Below are positions 26,488 to 37,062 of a stretch of 64,000 bases of DNA, piece after piece (within the stretch, counting starts at the first letter, position 1; every line of letters begins with the position of its first letter). The notes under the pieces were generated by a model. That model had not been told where the DNA came from. It saw nothing but the letters and a program-made list of their open reading frames with translations, and searched no databases. The stretch is from Balneolales bacterium (GTDB taxonomy: Bacteria > Bacteroidota > Rhodothermia > Balneolales > DATFMH01): assembly GCA_035267045.1 (NCBI GenBank), contig DATFMH010000146.1, forward strand, positions 6,157-70,156, read 5' to 3'. The translations under genes were made by a program, and so were the position numbers.

Positions 26488-29335
26488 TGTTGCCTGAATG
26501 TGTTTGTGAGGTCACTTTAAAACTAGTTTGGTCTTTAGACGACCCATATTCAAAGGTTACGTTATATTTTCCCGGCATAAGATAATCAGATTTATACTTT
26601 TTGGAAGCATTTTTATCAACTTTCAGATTCCATTTATATGGATGAAACCCACTTAAGGAGGAAGCCTGTAACGTCTGAACAGTATTTCCATCTTTATCGG
26701 TAATAGTAATTTTTACATGATCACCTTCCCGGCCTTTTCCAATATAATATAGCAGTGTGTTTGACGGCTCCGTCGGTTTTTGAAATTTATAGGTCGCTTT
26801 ACCCCAATGTTTGGAATAGCGAATATTGTCTGGTTTATAAGCAATGACCGGTTGATCAAGTTTGTCCATTGTCAATTCCTCTAACGGCTTAATATGCATA
26901 ACATATACACTGCGTCCATGCGTACCCATCACAAGATCATGCGCTTCAGGTTGAATCACCATATCGTAAGTAGGTACATTCGGATGTGATGTGTCGATAT
27001 ATTGCCAATGATCGCCGCCATTCAAACTCAGATATGCACCATCGTCGGTTCCAACAAACAGCAGATTTGGATTCACAGGATCCTGAATGATTACATTAAT
27101 ATTTTCTTCGGGAAGGTCGCCACTGATTGATTTCCATGTTTTACCGTAGTCGGTCGTTTTATAAAGCATGGCTTTAAACTGGTCATACCGGTAGCTGTTT
27201 AAAGAGACATAAGCAGTTCCTTCATTAAATGGTGAAGCAAATACTTTACTTATCCATCGTTTCTGAGGCAGTGATTTTGAAACCAACTGCCAATGTACAC
27301 CACCATCGCGGGTTACTTGTACATTACCGTCATCCGTTCCTACCCAAATGACACCAAATTTGAGGGGAGATTCCGATATGGTGGTTATTGTAGAGTAAGG
27401 GACGTTCCCCTGGGGTTGGTGATCGGTTGTCAGGTCAGGACTTATTTTCTGGAAATGACTGCCCTGGTCCATGCTTCTGAGCAGGTTCTGTGATCCCATA
27501 TATATGATGTCAGGATTATGCGGACTTATCACTATCGGGGTATTCCAATTCCAGCGATAGGATGGTTCACCTATATTATGCTTAGGCGTTATATAGGTAT
27601 GCTTGCCGGTATCTTTGTTTATCCTGAAATAATTTCCAAACTGAAATCCGGCATATACAATGCCGTTATCACGCCGATCGACAGCAACATGCATCCCGTC
27701 ACCACCTAATAAACGCTTCCAATGTCTGGATTGATCCGGAACAGTCTGAGAAGATCCATAAAAAACACCGTTATCCTGAAGCCCACCATATATATTATAA
27801 GGCTTGGCCCTATCCACATCGACACTATAAAATTGTCCAACAGCCATGGAGTTTAGATGACGCCAGTGGTTGCCGGCATCATAGCTTACATAGACTCCGC
27901 CATCAGTTCCAAGCATCACATGTTCGGGATCCTGACTATCGTACCAGAAAGCGTGGATATCGCTGTGAGTGTGGTTTCCTTCCTGGGTGAATGTTTTTCC
28001 ACCGTCAGTAGAATGGAGAAGAGGGACACCCATTATATACAAATCATTCGGGTTTTTAGGATTAACACGTATTTGAGCGAAATAGTAACCATAGGTATAA
28101 TAAACGCCATCGAGTTCATAGCTATTTACCTTTTTCCAATGTTTTCCGAAATCCACCGATTTATAAACCTGTGCCCCCGTAACTTTTGAGCTTACTTCAG
28201 CTTCCAGGGCATTTTTCCCGTTATAGTCGGCAATGTCTTTCGGCGTATACTTACTATTTTTAATGTCTTCTTTTACGGATTTGGCTGTATATTTTTTTGG
28301 GAAATTATTTTTTCTGAGAAACTTCTCTAAATTTTTGTTATCAAGTTTTAAAAGGTCGTTAACCGACATATCTTTGAAAGATTTAAATGTTATACCTTCC
28401 TTTTTGCTTTCTTTCTTTTTTTTCTCCTCTTTAACCTTTTTTTGATTATCAACAATTGCATAGAGGATATTTGGCTGGGACTGGCAGATATCCAGCCCAA
28501 TTCTTCCAACCTTATCGCCTGTCGGAAGACCGTTTACACTCTTTTTCCAGGTATCGCCACCATCGTTTGATACGTAAATAGCCGATCCGGAACCCGATCC
28601 TTCAAAATTCCAGGCATGGCGCATACGTGTCCATGTGGCAGCCCAAAGCTGATTGTGATTTTGAGGATTCATAACCAAATCTATGGCACCGGTACTATCG
28701 TTCACAAACAGCGTCTTTTTCCAGGTCTTACCACCATCGGTAGTTTTATATACACCTCTATAAGGGCTTTTGGAATATAAGGCACCTTCACTTGCTACCC
28801 ATGCAATATCGGGATTCCCGGGATCCGTAATAATGCGCGAGATATGCTCCGTATTAGTTAACCCGGTATGTATCCATGTCTTACCACCATCGGTGCTTTT
28901 ATACACTCCGGATCCTGCATAACTTGATCGACTGCTGTTAACTTCTCCTGTTCCAACCCATAAGATCTGGGGATTAGCTTTTGAAACGGCTATGTCACCT
29001 ATTGTCAAAGTACCTTGTTCATCAAAGATCGGGTCGAAAGAGATACCATTATCATCAGTCTTGAACACGCCACCGGAGGCGTAAGCAATATAAAATTGTT
29101 TTTGTTTAGATGGATTAACAGCAATATCAGTCACTCGTCCCGCCATAACAACAGGTCCTACACTCCGCGCAGGATAAGTACGAATCAATGAATTATGTCT
29201 GAGCTCCCGGCGCTGGCTAATAGCTTGATTAACATCTGTAGCCGAAGACGGCACAATCTGAGCTTTTAAATTAAGAGATGAAAAGAATAAAAAGATAATA
29301 GTTAATAATAAAGTATAGTATTTCGATCGGGTCAT
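26462..29335 (-). CDS. secreted BNR/Asp-box repeat protein, sortilin/VPS10-like
   Basis: 957 aa with a signal peptide. About ten SxDxGxTW-type Asp-boxes (STDGGKTW, TTDGGKTW, SNDGGDTW, STDGGKTF, SYDAGNHW, TRDGGVHW, TTDYGKTW, SLNGGDHW...). Lys-rich insert around residues 298-385. Confidence 0.75.
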   Translation of the reverse strand: MTRSKYYTLLLTIIFLFFSSLNLKAQIVPSSATDVNQAISQRRELRHNSLIRTYPARSVGPVVMAGRVTDIAVNPSKQKQFYIAYASGGVFKTDDNGISFDPIFDEQGTLTIGDIAVSKANPQILWVGTGEVNSSRSSYAGSGVYKSTDGGKTWIHTGLTNTEHISRIITDPGNPDIAWVASEGALYSKSPYRGVYKTTDGGKTWKKTLFVNDSTGAIDLVMNPQNHNQLWAATWTRMRHAWNFEGSGSGSAIYVSNDGGDTWKKSVNGLPTGDKVGRIGLDICQSQPNILYAIVDNQKKVKEEKKKKESKKEGITFKSFKDMSVNDLLKLDNKNLEKFLRKNNFPKKYTAKSVKEDIKNSKYTPKDIADYNGKNALEAEVSSKVTGAQVYKSVDFGKHWKKVNSYELDGVYYTYGYYFAQIRVNPKNPNDLYIMGVPLLHSTDGGKTFTQEGNHTHSDIHAFWYDSQDPEHVMLGTDGGVYVSYDAGNHWRHLNSMAVGQFYSVDVDRAKPYNIYGGLQDNGVFYGSSQTVPDQSRHWKRLLGGDGMHVAVDRRDNGIVYAGFQFGNYFRINKDTGKHTYITPKHNIGEPSYRWNWNTPIVISPHNPDIIYMGSQNLLRSMDQGSHFQKISPDLTTDHQPQGNVPYSTITTISESPLKFGVIWVGTDDGNVQVTRDGGVHWQLVSKSLPQKRWISKVFASPFNEGTAYVSLNSYRYDQFKAMLYKTTDYGKTWKSISGDLPEENINVIIQDPVNPNLLFVGTDDGAYLSLNGGDHWQYIDTSHPNVPTYDMVIQPEAHDLVMGTHGRSVYVMHIKPLEELTMDKLDQPVIAYKPDNIRYSKHWGKATYKFQKPTEPSNTLLYYIGKGREGDHVKITITDKDGNTVQTLQASSLSGFHPYKWNLKVDKNASKKYKSDYLMPGKYNVTFEYGSSKDQTSFKVTSQTHSGNNEIPGDNE

Positions 29336-29582
29336 AGCAGATTTAGTTCATGAATAAAATTATTTTTTTAATATCTATCTGTAAAGAAAACAATTGGATA
29401 ACAAGTTATATATGATCCTTTTAAATAAGGACAATGACTATAATTCCAAAACATAAATAATTAATTAAGAGAATATGGTATTTTTCGTTAATTAAATAAA
29501 CCGTTTTCTTTTTAATAAGTGGGTAAAAGAACCGCTATCGGTTTGTAATTATTTTTAAATAAGGTTATCTTTCCGATGACAA

Positions 29583-29613
29583 AGTGAGGCTCATACCGGT
29601 CTCACTTTTTTTT
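29583..29613 (+). terminator. leader hairpin plus U-tract immediately upstream of rimP (attenuator candidate)
   Basis: AGTGAG-12 nt-CTCACT followed by eight T, ending 20 nt before the rimP start. A second small hairpin AACCG-CTAT-CGGTT lies at 29530-29544. Confidence 0.4.
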
Positions 29614-29633
29614 GTACTTATAAACACTGAGTT

Positions 29634-30095
29634 TTGGCTGAAGTATTAGAAAATAAAATTAGTGAATTGGTTGAATCGGTACTTGAAGGTACCGATTTGT
29701 TTCTGGTGGACCTTGTATTGAAGGGACAGAAGGGCAGCTATTCACTATGGGTTTATGTTGATGCTGAGAAAGGCGGTGTAAATCTTGATGAGTGTGCTAA
29801 TATCAGTGAAGAATTGGGAGTATTACTGGAAGCACATGATATAATTAAAGGACGATACCGTCTTAATGTATCATCACCGGGAGTTGACCGGCCTCTTATG
29901 GATAAAAGACAATATTATAGTAAGATTGGGCGTAATGCTTCTGTAAAGTACAAAGCAGGTGAGGAAGCAACGTCAACCAAAGGTATCATTAAAGATTTTA
30001 ACGGTGAAGAGCTTGTAATTGAGAAAGATGATGGTCAGGATATTATCATTACTTTCGAAGATATCATAGAAACAAAGATTTTGACAGCCTGGTGA
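29634..30095 (+). CDS. rimP: ribosome maturation factor RimP
   Basis: 153 aa. YRLNVSSPGVDRPL motif. Located directly upstream of nusA. TTG start. Confidence 0.8.
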   Translation: MAEVLENKISELVESVLEGTDLFLVDLVLKGQKGSYSLWVYVDAEKGGVNLDECANISEELGVLLEAHDIIKGRYRLNVSSPGVDRPLMDKRQYYSKIGRNASVKYKAGEEATSTKGIIKDFNGEELVIEKDDGQDIIITFEDIIETKILTAW

Positions 30096-30120
30096 TTATT
30101 AAAACCACTGATTGGGAGAA

Positions 30121-31380
30121 ATGATGCAAGATGATATTTCTAAACAGATAGTTCAATCTTTTGCTGAGATAGCAAAAGACAAGGGGATCGATCGTAATTT
30201 GCTATTGTCGATCCTTGAGGATGTTTTTAAATCAATGATTCGAAAAAAATATGGATCGGACGATTCTTTTAGTGTAATATTAAACCCTGATCGGGGTGAG
30301 ATTCAGATGTTGCATGTCAGAGAAGTAGTTCCTGATGATGAATTTGAGAATCCTGTTACAGAGATTCCTATTTCGGAAGCGCATAAATTTGATCCCGACC
30401 TGGAACTATATGATGAGTTTGCAAAAGAGATATTTGTAAAGGATTTTGGCAGACGTGCGGTTATGATGGCACGTCAGACATTGGCCCAGCGGATCCGTGA
30501 AATCGAGAAGGAGAATGTTTTTGACGAATACATGGATCGCGTAGGCGAAATTGTTCTTGGTGATATCTATCAGGTCAGGAAGAATGATGTTTTAGTAAAT
30601 CATAACGGTGTAGAACTGGTTCTTCCCAAAAAAGAACAGATATATAAAGACAGATATCGTAAAGGTGACACTATTCGGGCGGTTGTTGTAGAAGTTAAAC
30701 GCGAAAACAGCAATCCAACCGTTATAATATCAAGGACATCACCTATTTTTTTGGAACGTTTGTTTGAAAATGAGATTCCGGAAGTATTTGACGGTATTAT
30801 AGAAATTGTAAAAGCAGTACGTGAACCCGGTGATCGTTCGAAGGTTGCCGTTATCTCCCATGATGAACGTGTTGATGCCGTTGGTGCTTGTGTTGGAATG
30901 AAAGGAGTTCGCATTCATTCAATTGTACGTGAACTTTGTAATGAGAATATCGACGTAATAAATTATACGGAAAACAAGGTAGAATTCATTAAACGTGCTC
31001 TTCAACCGGCTAAAGTGTTATCGGTGGAACTTGATGAAACCAGTTCGCATGCTAATGTTGTAGTACCGGCCGATCAGGTTTCGAAAGCGATCGGTAAAGG
31101 AGGGGTAAATATTCGATTGGCATCTAAGCTTGTAGACTGCGAAATTGATGTTTACCGTGAAGTGGAAGAAGAGGACGATATCGATATCTTTGAATTCACG
31201 GAAGATTTCGGTGAAGAAGTCGTTCAGCAGTTGTTTGATATTGGCTGTGATACGGCGCGAGCTGTTCTTGAGCTTGATGCACAAGAATTAGTGAGAAGAA
31301 CAGAAGGCAAAATCTCCGAAGATTTAGCCAGTGAAATTATAGAAACAATAGAAGAAGAGTTTGAAGAGGATGAAATTTAG
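30121..31380 (+). CDS. nusA: transcription termination/antitermination factor NusA
   Basis: S1 and KH domain blocks (GDIYQVRKNDVLV, RTSPIFLERLFENEIPE, GACVGMKGVRI, AIGKGGVNIRLASKL). I prefer the ATG at 30121 (preceded by GGGAGAA) over the track TTG at 30112. Confidence 0.9.
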   Translation: MMQDDISKQIVQSFAEIAKDKGIDRNLLLSILEDVFKSMIRKKYGSDDSFSVILNPDRGEIQMLHVREVVPDDEFENPVTEIPISEAHKFDPDLELYDEFAKEIFVKDFGRRAVMMARQTLAQRIREIEKENVFDEYMDRVGEIVLGDIYQVRKNDVLVNHNGVELVLPKKEQIYKDRYRKGDTIRAVVVEVKRENSNPTVIISRTSPIFLERLFENEIPEVFDGIIEIVKAVREPGDRSKVAVISHDERVDAVGACVGMKGVRIHSIVRELCNENIDVINYTENKVEFIKRALQPAKVLSVELDETSSHANVVVPADQVSKAIGKGGVNIRLASKLVDCEIDVYREVEEEDDIDIFEFTEDFGEEVVQQLFDIGCDTARAVLELDAQELVRRTEGKISEDLASEIIETIEEEFEEDEI

Positions 31381-31439
31381 ATAAACATTTAATTCGAGCG
31401 GAATCTTTTAACTCTTAAAGGATCATCTTAATTTATAGT

Positions 31440-34400
31440 ATGACGCAAGGCGGAAAACAAAAAAAGCTTTTTAAAGTCGCAAAAGAATTTAACGTATCTA
31501 CTCAAACCATAGTTGAAGCGCTAGAGGAGAATGGATACAAAATAGATAGTAAACCTAACGCTAACATTTCTCCGGAGATGTATAGCGCATTGGAATCTGT
31601 GTATGGTGTGGATAAAGCGAAAAGTAAAGAACACGAGCGTGCCCGTGAAGAGTACGAGGTACGCAAGACGGAATTGCGTCATAACAGAAATGAGTCTGTT
31701 ACTCTCGATAATGTTTTAGAGCCTCTCGATGACCTTCCTATGGAACCGGAAGATGAAGCAAAAGTTGAAGACGAATCTAAAGAGAAGAAAGCGGCCGCTG
31801 AGGAAGAACAACCCGAATCCGGGAAAAAGGCAGATAAAGAGCCTGAAAAAGATGTGAAGGAACCCAAGGCTAAAGCTCAGGCTGAAACTGCAGAAAAAGC
31901 CGAAAAGGAAGAGAAGGCAGAAAAAGAGAAAAAAGAAGCTGAAGCTGCAGAAGAAAAGAAAAAAGCAGAAGCTAAAAGGAAAGAGGAAGAGGCAAAGCAG
32001 AAAGCAGCCGCAGATAAGCAGAAGAAAGAAGCAGAGGAGAAAGAGGCTAAAGCCAAAGCTCAGAAAGAGAAGGAAGAAGAAAAATCCGATGAAGGTGAGG
32101 ATGTAACTAAAGAAGTCGGAAAGAAACAAAAAGAAGATCAAGAGCAGGCTGAAAAGAAGAAGGCTCAAGAAAAAGAAACTCAGAAAAAAGCCAGTAAAAA
32201 AGAGCCGGAAAAAGCCGCTAAAAAAGAAGAAGCCGGGGAGAAAAAGGAAGAAAAAGAAGCAGAGGAAGACGAAGAAAATGTAATACGTGCTAAGACTTCC
32301 AGGCTTCGCGGTACCCGTGTAATTGGTTCAATAGATATTACGAAAGAAAAGAAATCCTCAAAAAAGAAAAAGAAGAAAAAATCCGATACTAAGTCAAAAG
32401 ATGAGTCGGGAGAGGATGCGGATAAAAAGAAAACACGGAAAAGAAAGAAAAAGCGGCTCAAAAGAAGCAAAAATAAGCCTGACGATAAAAAACAGGAAGA
32501 TACATCCAAGAATAAGAAGAAAAAGAGGGGCAAACGCGGCAAACGTGTTGATGAGGAAGAAGTAGAGCAGAAAATGAAAGAGACTATGCAGATGCTCAAA
32601 TCTTCCGGTAGTGTCGGTAAAAAACGACAAAAACGTCGCCGACAGAAACGTGAGGAAATGGCTGCTGAAAGGGAGCATGAAGCTGCACAAAAAGAAGAAC
32701 AAAGGGCTATCCTCGAAGTCACAGAGTTTATCACAGTCGGTGACCTCGCCGATCTTTTGGATGCAAAATCTACAGATATTATTACGATATGCATGAATCT
32801 TGGTATCATGGTGTCTATTAATCAACGTCTCGATGCCAGTACTATAGAATTGATTGCTGAAGAATATGGCCGCGAAGTTCATTTTGTGGATGCGGATGAA
32901 TTACTAGAAGAAATTGAAGATGAGGAAGATGCCGAAGAGGATCTCGAGCCGAGAGCCCCGGTTGTTACCGTAATGGGACACGTCGACCATGGTAAAACGT
33001 CTTTACTTGATTACATCCGAAAAGCACATGTAGTTGCCGGTGAAGCCGGTGGAATTACCCAGCACATCGGTGCTTACGAAGTGTCGGTCGGACAGAATGA
33101 CAAGAAAATCACATTCCTTGATACACCCGGACACGAAGCTTTTACAGCTATGCGTGCAAGGGGAGCACAGGTAACGGATATTGTTATCCTTGTTGTTGCC
33201 GCTGATGATGCTGTAATGCCACAAACCATTGAAGCTATAAACCATGCCCAGGCAGCAGGTGTATCTATTATTGTGGCAATAAATAAAATTGATAAGCCGG
33301 ATGCCAACTCTGATAAAATCCGCCAGCAACTCTCAGAACATAATGTTCTGGTAGAGGAGTGGGGTGGTAAATATCAATCGGCTGAAATTTCAGCCAAAAC
33401 AGGAAATGGCGTAGAAGAACTACTTGATAAAGTTCTCATTGAGGCTGAACTCCTTGAATTAAAAGCTAACCCGGAAAGAAATGCGGTTGGGATTGTACTC
33501 GAATCAAGGGTAGATAAAGGTAAAGGTGTTGTAGCCAACGTACTTATCCAAAAAGGTACTCTTCAAGTCGGTGATCCTTTTGTTGCCGGGCAATATTTCG
33601 GACGTGTCAGGGCAATGGAAAATGAACTTGGCAAACGGATTGAATCAGCCGGGCCTTCCACACCGTTGCAGTTGATTGGATTTGACGGATTACCACAGGC
33701 AGGCGACAAGCTGACGTCAACAGAGGATGAGAAAAGAGCCCGTGAAGTTGCTCAACAGAGACAACAAATCAGACGTGAACAGGATCTGCGTAAAGTTAAG
33801 CATATTACGCTCGATGATCTATCGCGTAGGATGGCATTAGGTGAAGTTGCCGAATTGAATATTATCATTAAAGGTGACGTTGATGGTTCGATTGAGGCCT
33901 TATCCGGTTCATTGCAGAAAATCAGCAATGAAGAAGTTAAAGTGAATATTATTCACACCGGTGTCGGTGCTATAACCGAATCAGACGTACTGTTGGCATC
34001 TGCTTCCGATGCTATTATTATCGGATTCCAGGTTCGTCCGTCTACACAAGCCCGCAAACTTGCCGAAAAAGAGCAAATTGATATACGACTATTTAGTGTA
34101 ATTTATGATGCTGTTGATGCTGTTCATGATGCGCTTGAAGGATTGTTATCACCCGAGATAAATGAAAAAATCGTAAGTACACTTGAAGTACGGGATACCT
34201 TTAAAGTTCCCGGAGCCGGTATGGTAGCAGGATGTTATGTAACGGAAGGTAAAATCACACGAAACACCAAAGTCCGTTTGATCCGTGATGGAATTGTTGT
34301 CTATGACGGGGAAATAGGTTCACTTAAGAGATTTAAGGATGATGTTCGGGAAGTTGCTTCCGGTTATGAATGCGGTTTATCGATCGCCAATTATAACGAT

Positions 34401-34466
34401 ATTAAAGTAGGTGATGTAATTGAGGGCTATGAAGTCGTTGAGACAAAACGGAAATTAATGAGTTAA
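31440..34466 (+). CDS. infB: translation initiation factor IF-2
   Basis: 1008 aa. N-terminal [17 protein letters not shown] domain, then ~400 aa of K/E-rich low complexity. GTPase motifs [14 protein letters not shown] and NKID. Confidence 0.95.
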   Translation: MTQGGKQKKLFKVAKEFNVSTQTIVEALEENGYKIDSKPNANISPEMYSALESVYGVDKAKSKEHERAREEYEVRKTELRHNRNESVTLDNVLEPLDDLPMEPEDEAKVEDESKEKKAAAEEEQPESGKKADKEPEKDVKEPKAKAQAETAEKAEKEEKAEKEKKEAEAAEEKKKAEAKRKEEEAKQKAAADKQKKEAEEKEAKAKAQKEKEEEKSDEGEDVTKEVGKKQKEDQEQAEKKKAQEKETQKKASKKEPEKAAKKEEAGEKKEEKEAEEDEENVIRAKTSRLRGTRVIGSIDITKEKKSSKKKKKKKSDTKSKDESGEDADKKKTRKRKKKRLKRSKNKPDDKKQEDTSKNKKKKRGKRGKRVDEEEVEQKMKETMQMLKSSGSVGKKRQKRRRQKREEMAAEREHEAAQKEEQRAILEVTEFITVGDLADLLDAKSTDIITICMNLGIMVSINQRLDASTIELIAEEYGREVHFVDADELLEEIEDEEDAEEDLEPRAPVVTVMGHVDHGKTSLLDYIRKAHVVAGEAGGITQHIGAYEVSVGQNDKKITFLDTPGHEAFTAMRARGAQVTDIVILVVAADDAVMPQTIEAINHAQAAGVSIIVAINKIDKPDANSDKIRQQLSEHNVLVEEWGGKYQSAEISAKTGNGVEELLDKVLIEAELLELKANPERNAVGIVLESRVDKGKGVVANVLIQKGTLQVGDPFVAGQYFGRVRAMENELGKRIESAGPSTPLQLIGFDGLPQAGDKLTSTEDEKRAREVAQQRQQIRREQDLRKVKHITLDDLSRRMALGEVAELNIIIKGDVDGSIEALSGSLQKISNEEVKVNIIHTGVGAITESDVLLASASDAIIIGFQVRPSTQARKLAEKEQIDIRLFSVIYDAVDAVHDALEGLLSPEINEKIVSTLEVRDTFKVPGAGMVAGCYVTEGKITRNTKVRLIRDGIVVYDGEIGSLKRFKDDVREVASGYECGLSIANYNDIKVGDVIEGYEVVETKRKLMS

Positions 34467-34481
34467 CAGTTTTGCAATTGT

Positions 34482-34859
34482 ATGAGTATAAGGACAGAAC
34501 GACTTGGTGCGGAAATTCAGAGAGATCTGGGACCAATATTTCAGAAATATCAGAATAATACGATAATTACAGTCACTAAAGTCAGGGTTACTCCTGATTT
34601 ATCCATAGCCAAAGTTTATATCAGTATTCTAGCACCGAACCGGGATAAAAATAGCGTTTTTGCTTATCTGAAAGAGCATGATACCGAAATACGTAAAGAA
34701 TTAGCTCAAAAAATACGGCATCAGGTCAGGAAAATACCCGAGTTACATCTCTATCTTGATGATACAGCTGAATATGTAGATCGGCTTGAAAATTTATTCG
34801 ATAAGATTCATAAAGAAGATCCGGATATACCCGATAACGAAAAAAATGAGGGTAACTGA
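34482..34859 (+). CDS. rbfA: ribosome-binding factor A
   Basis: 125 aa. VTKVRVTPDLSIAKVYIS and RKIPELHLYLDD are typical of RbfA. Conserved position after infB. Confidence 0.85.
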   Translation: MSIRTERLGAEIQRDLGPIFQKYQNNTIITVTKVRVTPDLSIAKVYISILAPNRDKNSVFAYLKEHDTEIRKELAQKIRHQVRKIPELHLYLDDTAEYVDRLENLFDKIHKEDPDIPDNEKNEGN

Positions 34860-34865
34860 TACTAC

Positions 34866-35618
34866 ATGCCCATCGCCATACCATTAGATCGATTACCCGT
34901 CTATGATACAGCTAATTTACCGGCTGTAACGGATAATTATAATAATGGTGGTATATTCCTGATTGATAAACCCAAAGGATGGAGCAGTTTCAAAGTCATA
35001 AAAAGACTTCGACGATTTCTTGATTTGAAGAAAATAGGCCATGCCGGTACTTTGGATCCTATGGCTACGGGTTTATTGGTTGTTTGTACCGGAAAAGCCA
35101 CAAAATCCATACAGTACATTCAGGAACTGACCAAAGAATATGTTGCTAATATCAGGTTCGGAGCATCCACACCAAGCTTTGATGCCGAGACGGAATTTGA
35201 TGAACATGCCCCGTACGATCATATCACAAGAGAAGGTATCGAAGAAACGTTAAGTGAATATTTTAACGGCACAATCAATCAGCTTCCCCCTATGTATTCC
35301 GCTCTCAAACATAAAGGCCAAAGGCTCTACAAATTGGCACGCAAGGGAGAAACAGTGGAACGCAAATCACGGCAAATTACGATATATAATACAGACATTA
35401 TAAGTTTTGATAATCCCGATTTGATAATAAAAGTTGAGTGTAGTAAAGGTACCTATATTCGAACATTGGCGGATGACCTGGGCAGAACAATGAATTCATT
35501 GGCATATTTGTGTGGTTTGAAAAGAACCAGGATAGGATCGTATCGGTTAGAAAATGCTTTATCGATAGAATTACTGGAAAAAATTTTTAACAATGACAGA
35601 AATCGTTTATCTCAATGA
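34866..35618 (+). CDS. truB: tRNA pseudouridine(55) synthase
   Basis: GHAGTLDPMATGLLVV catalytic Asp motif and PPMYSALKHKGQRLY. Confidence 0.9.
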   Translation: MPIAIPLDRLPVYDTANLPAVTDNYNNGGIFLIDKPKGWSSFKVIKRLRRFLDLKKIGHAGTLDPMATGLLVVCTGKATKSIQYIQELTKEYVANIRFGASTPSFDAETEFDEHAPYDHITREGIEETLSEYFNGTINQLPPMYSALKHKGQRLYKLARKGETVERKSRQITIYNTDIISFDNPDLIIKVECSKGTYIRTLADDLGRTMNSLAYLCGLKRTRIGSYRLENALSIELLEKIFNNDRNRLSQ

Positions 35619-36525
35619 CGTTAATTACGATTCCAACTCCGTAATCACGGTTGGTACGTTCGACGGCGTTCATGAAGGGCATAAAACAATAATAAAAAGG
35701 GTAGTTGATACAGCGAGAGAAAGAGGCGCCAGAAGTATACTCGTTACTTTTGATCCGCATCCGAGAGAGATCATCAATCCGGGTAAAGATGGAATAAAGC
35801 TACTTACTACACTTGAGGAACGTGCAGAAATACTGGATGATTTGGGAATAACAATGATGTTGGTGATTCCATTCGACCGTGATTTCTCACTAATCAGTTC
35901 CGAAGATTTTATTCATGATATCATATATGATAAAATAGGGGTTGGCAAATTTATTATAGGCTATGACCATCAGTTCGGCCGGAACAGAGAGGGAACAAAA
36001 GCAACCGTAAAAAAACTTTCACGCGAGCTCGGGTTTGAAGTTGAGATTATTGAAGCCCATGATATTGGTGAGATAACGGTCAGTAGTACCAATGTTCGCA
36101 ATGCTCTTGAAAATGAAGGAGACGTTGATTTAGCACACCGATTCTTAGGAAGGCCTTATCATATTAAGGGAACGGTAGTTCACGGTGATAAACGTGGCAA
36201 GGAGATCGGATTTCCAACAGCAAATGTCAAACCAGAAAATCATAAGAAAATTATACCCAAAAATGGGGTCTATGCTGTTGATATTAAGGTTGGGGAAACC
36301 ATTTATAAAGGGATGATGAATATCGGTATCCGGCCGACATTTGATGGGAGTGATGAGCGAACGATAGAAGTGAATATTTTTGATTTTTCCAGTAATATCT
36401 ATGGGGAAACTGTTGAGATATGGTTTATTAAAAGAATAAGGGACGAATTACGTTTTAAAAGTGTAGAAGAATTAATTGAGCAAATAAAGAATGATAAAGT
36501 AATTGCTCAAAGGTTAAATAAGTAA
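35593..36525 (+). CDS. ribF: bifunctional riboflavin kinase/FAD synthetase
   Basis: VGTFDGVHEGH, TFDPHP, GDKRGKEIGFPTAN and ELIEQIKND are typical of RibF. Confidence 0.9.
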   Translation: MTEIVYLNDVNYDSNSVITVGTFDGVHEGHKTIIKRVVDTARERGARSILVTFDPHPREIINPGKDGIKLLTTLEERAEILDDLGITMMLVIPFDRDFSLISSEDFIHDIIYDKIGVGKFIIGYDHQFGRNREGTKATVKKLSRELGFEVEIIEAHDIGEITVSSTNVRNALENEGDVDLAHRFLGRPYHIKGTVVHGDKRGKEIGFPTANVKPENHKKIIPKNGVYAVDIKVGETIYKGMMNIGIRPTFDGSDERTIEVNIFDFSSNIYGETVEIWFIKRIRDELRFKSVEELIEQIKNDKVIAQRLNK

Positions 36526-36600
36526 TATATTATCAAACTTGTAGATTAACTTAAGTAAGCAGTCTACTTTAGCATATAATAATATCTAAAGCGGAGAATA

Positions 36601-36870
36601 ATGAATATAACTCAAGAAGAAAAGAAAGAGATTTTTAAAAATTATGGTACTTCCGAAAGTGATACCGGTTCGCCGGAAGCACAAATCGCTTTATTCACGG
36701 AACGTATCAATCGTTTAACCGGCCACTTAAAGGAACACAAACTTGACCATTCATCCCGTCTTGGGTTGCTACGTTTGGTTGGTAAACGCAGAAAATTACT
36801 CAACTATCTTATGAAAAAAGATATTGAAGGTTACAGAAAACTGATCAAAGAGTTGGGTATACGTAAATAA
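36601..36870 (+). CDS. rpsO: 30S ribosomal protein S15
   Basis: 89 aa. [48 protein letters not shown] is typical of S15. Confidence 0.95.
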   Translation: MNITQEEKKEIFKNYGTSESDTGSPEAQIALFTERINRLTGHLKEHKLDHSSRLGLLRLVGKRRKLLNYLMKKDIEGYRKLIKELGIRK

Positions 36871-36873
36871 TTT

Positions 36874-36904
36874 AAAAAGGCACGTAATAATCGTGCCTTT
36901 TTTA
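36874..36904 (+). terminator. rho-independent terminator after rpsO
   Basis: AAAAAGGCACG-TAATAAT-CGTGCCTTTTTT: 7-bp GC-rich stem plus a T-tract. Confidence 0.75.
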
Positions 36905-37062
36905 TTACATCTCTCGTTATAATCAGGCTTATATTTTATGATACGGGTTTGCTAATATTTCAAAATATTAAGCGTTAATATTAAATATTATAAACAGATT
37001 AATTTAGTTATTTCACATCGTTATATACGATAACGATACGTACGTTAAGTAAAGGAAAAAAC

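Noticed and set aside
25138-26497. Antisense ORFs 25138-25479 (in fbp) and 26144-26497 (in the DUF192 gene)
   Set aside because: They lie opposite well-supported genes, and their translations have no recognisable features.
31716-32882. Long minus-strand ORFs (31716-32168, 32180-32809, 32394-32882) and small plus-strand ORFs inside infB
   Set aside because: They lie antisense to, or out of frame with, the K/E-rich (GAA/AAG/AAA) low-complexity region of IF-2. Their products are F/L/S-rich nonsense typical of the complement of purine-rich repeats.
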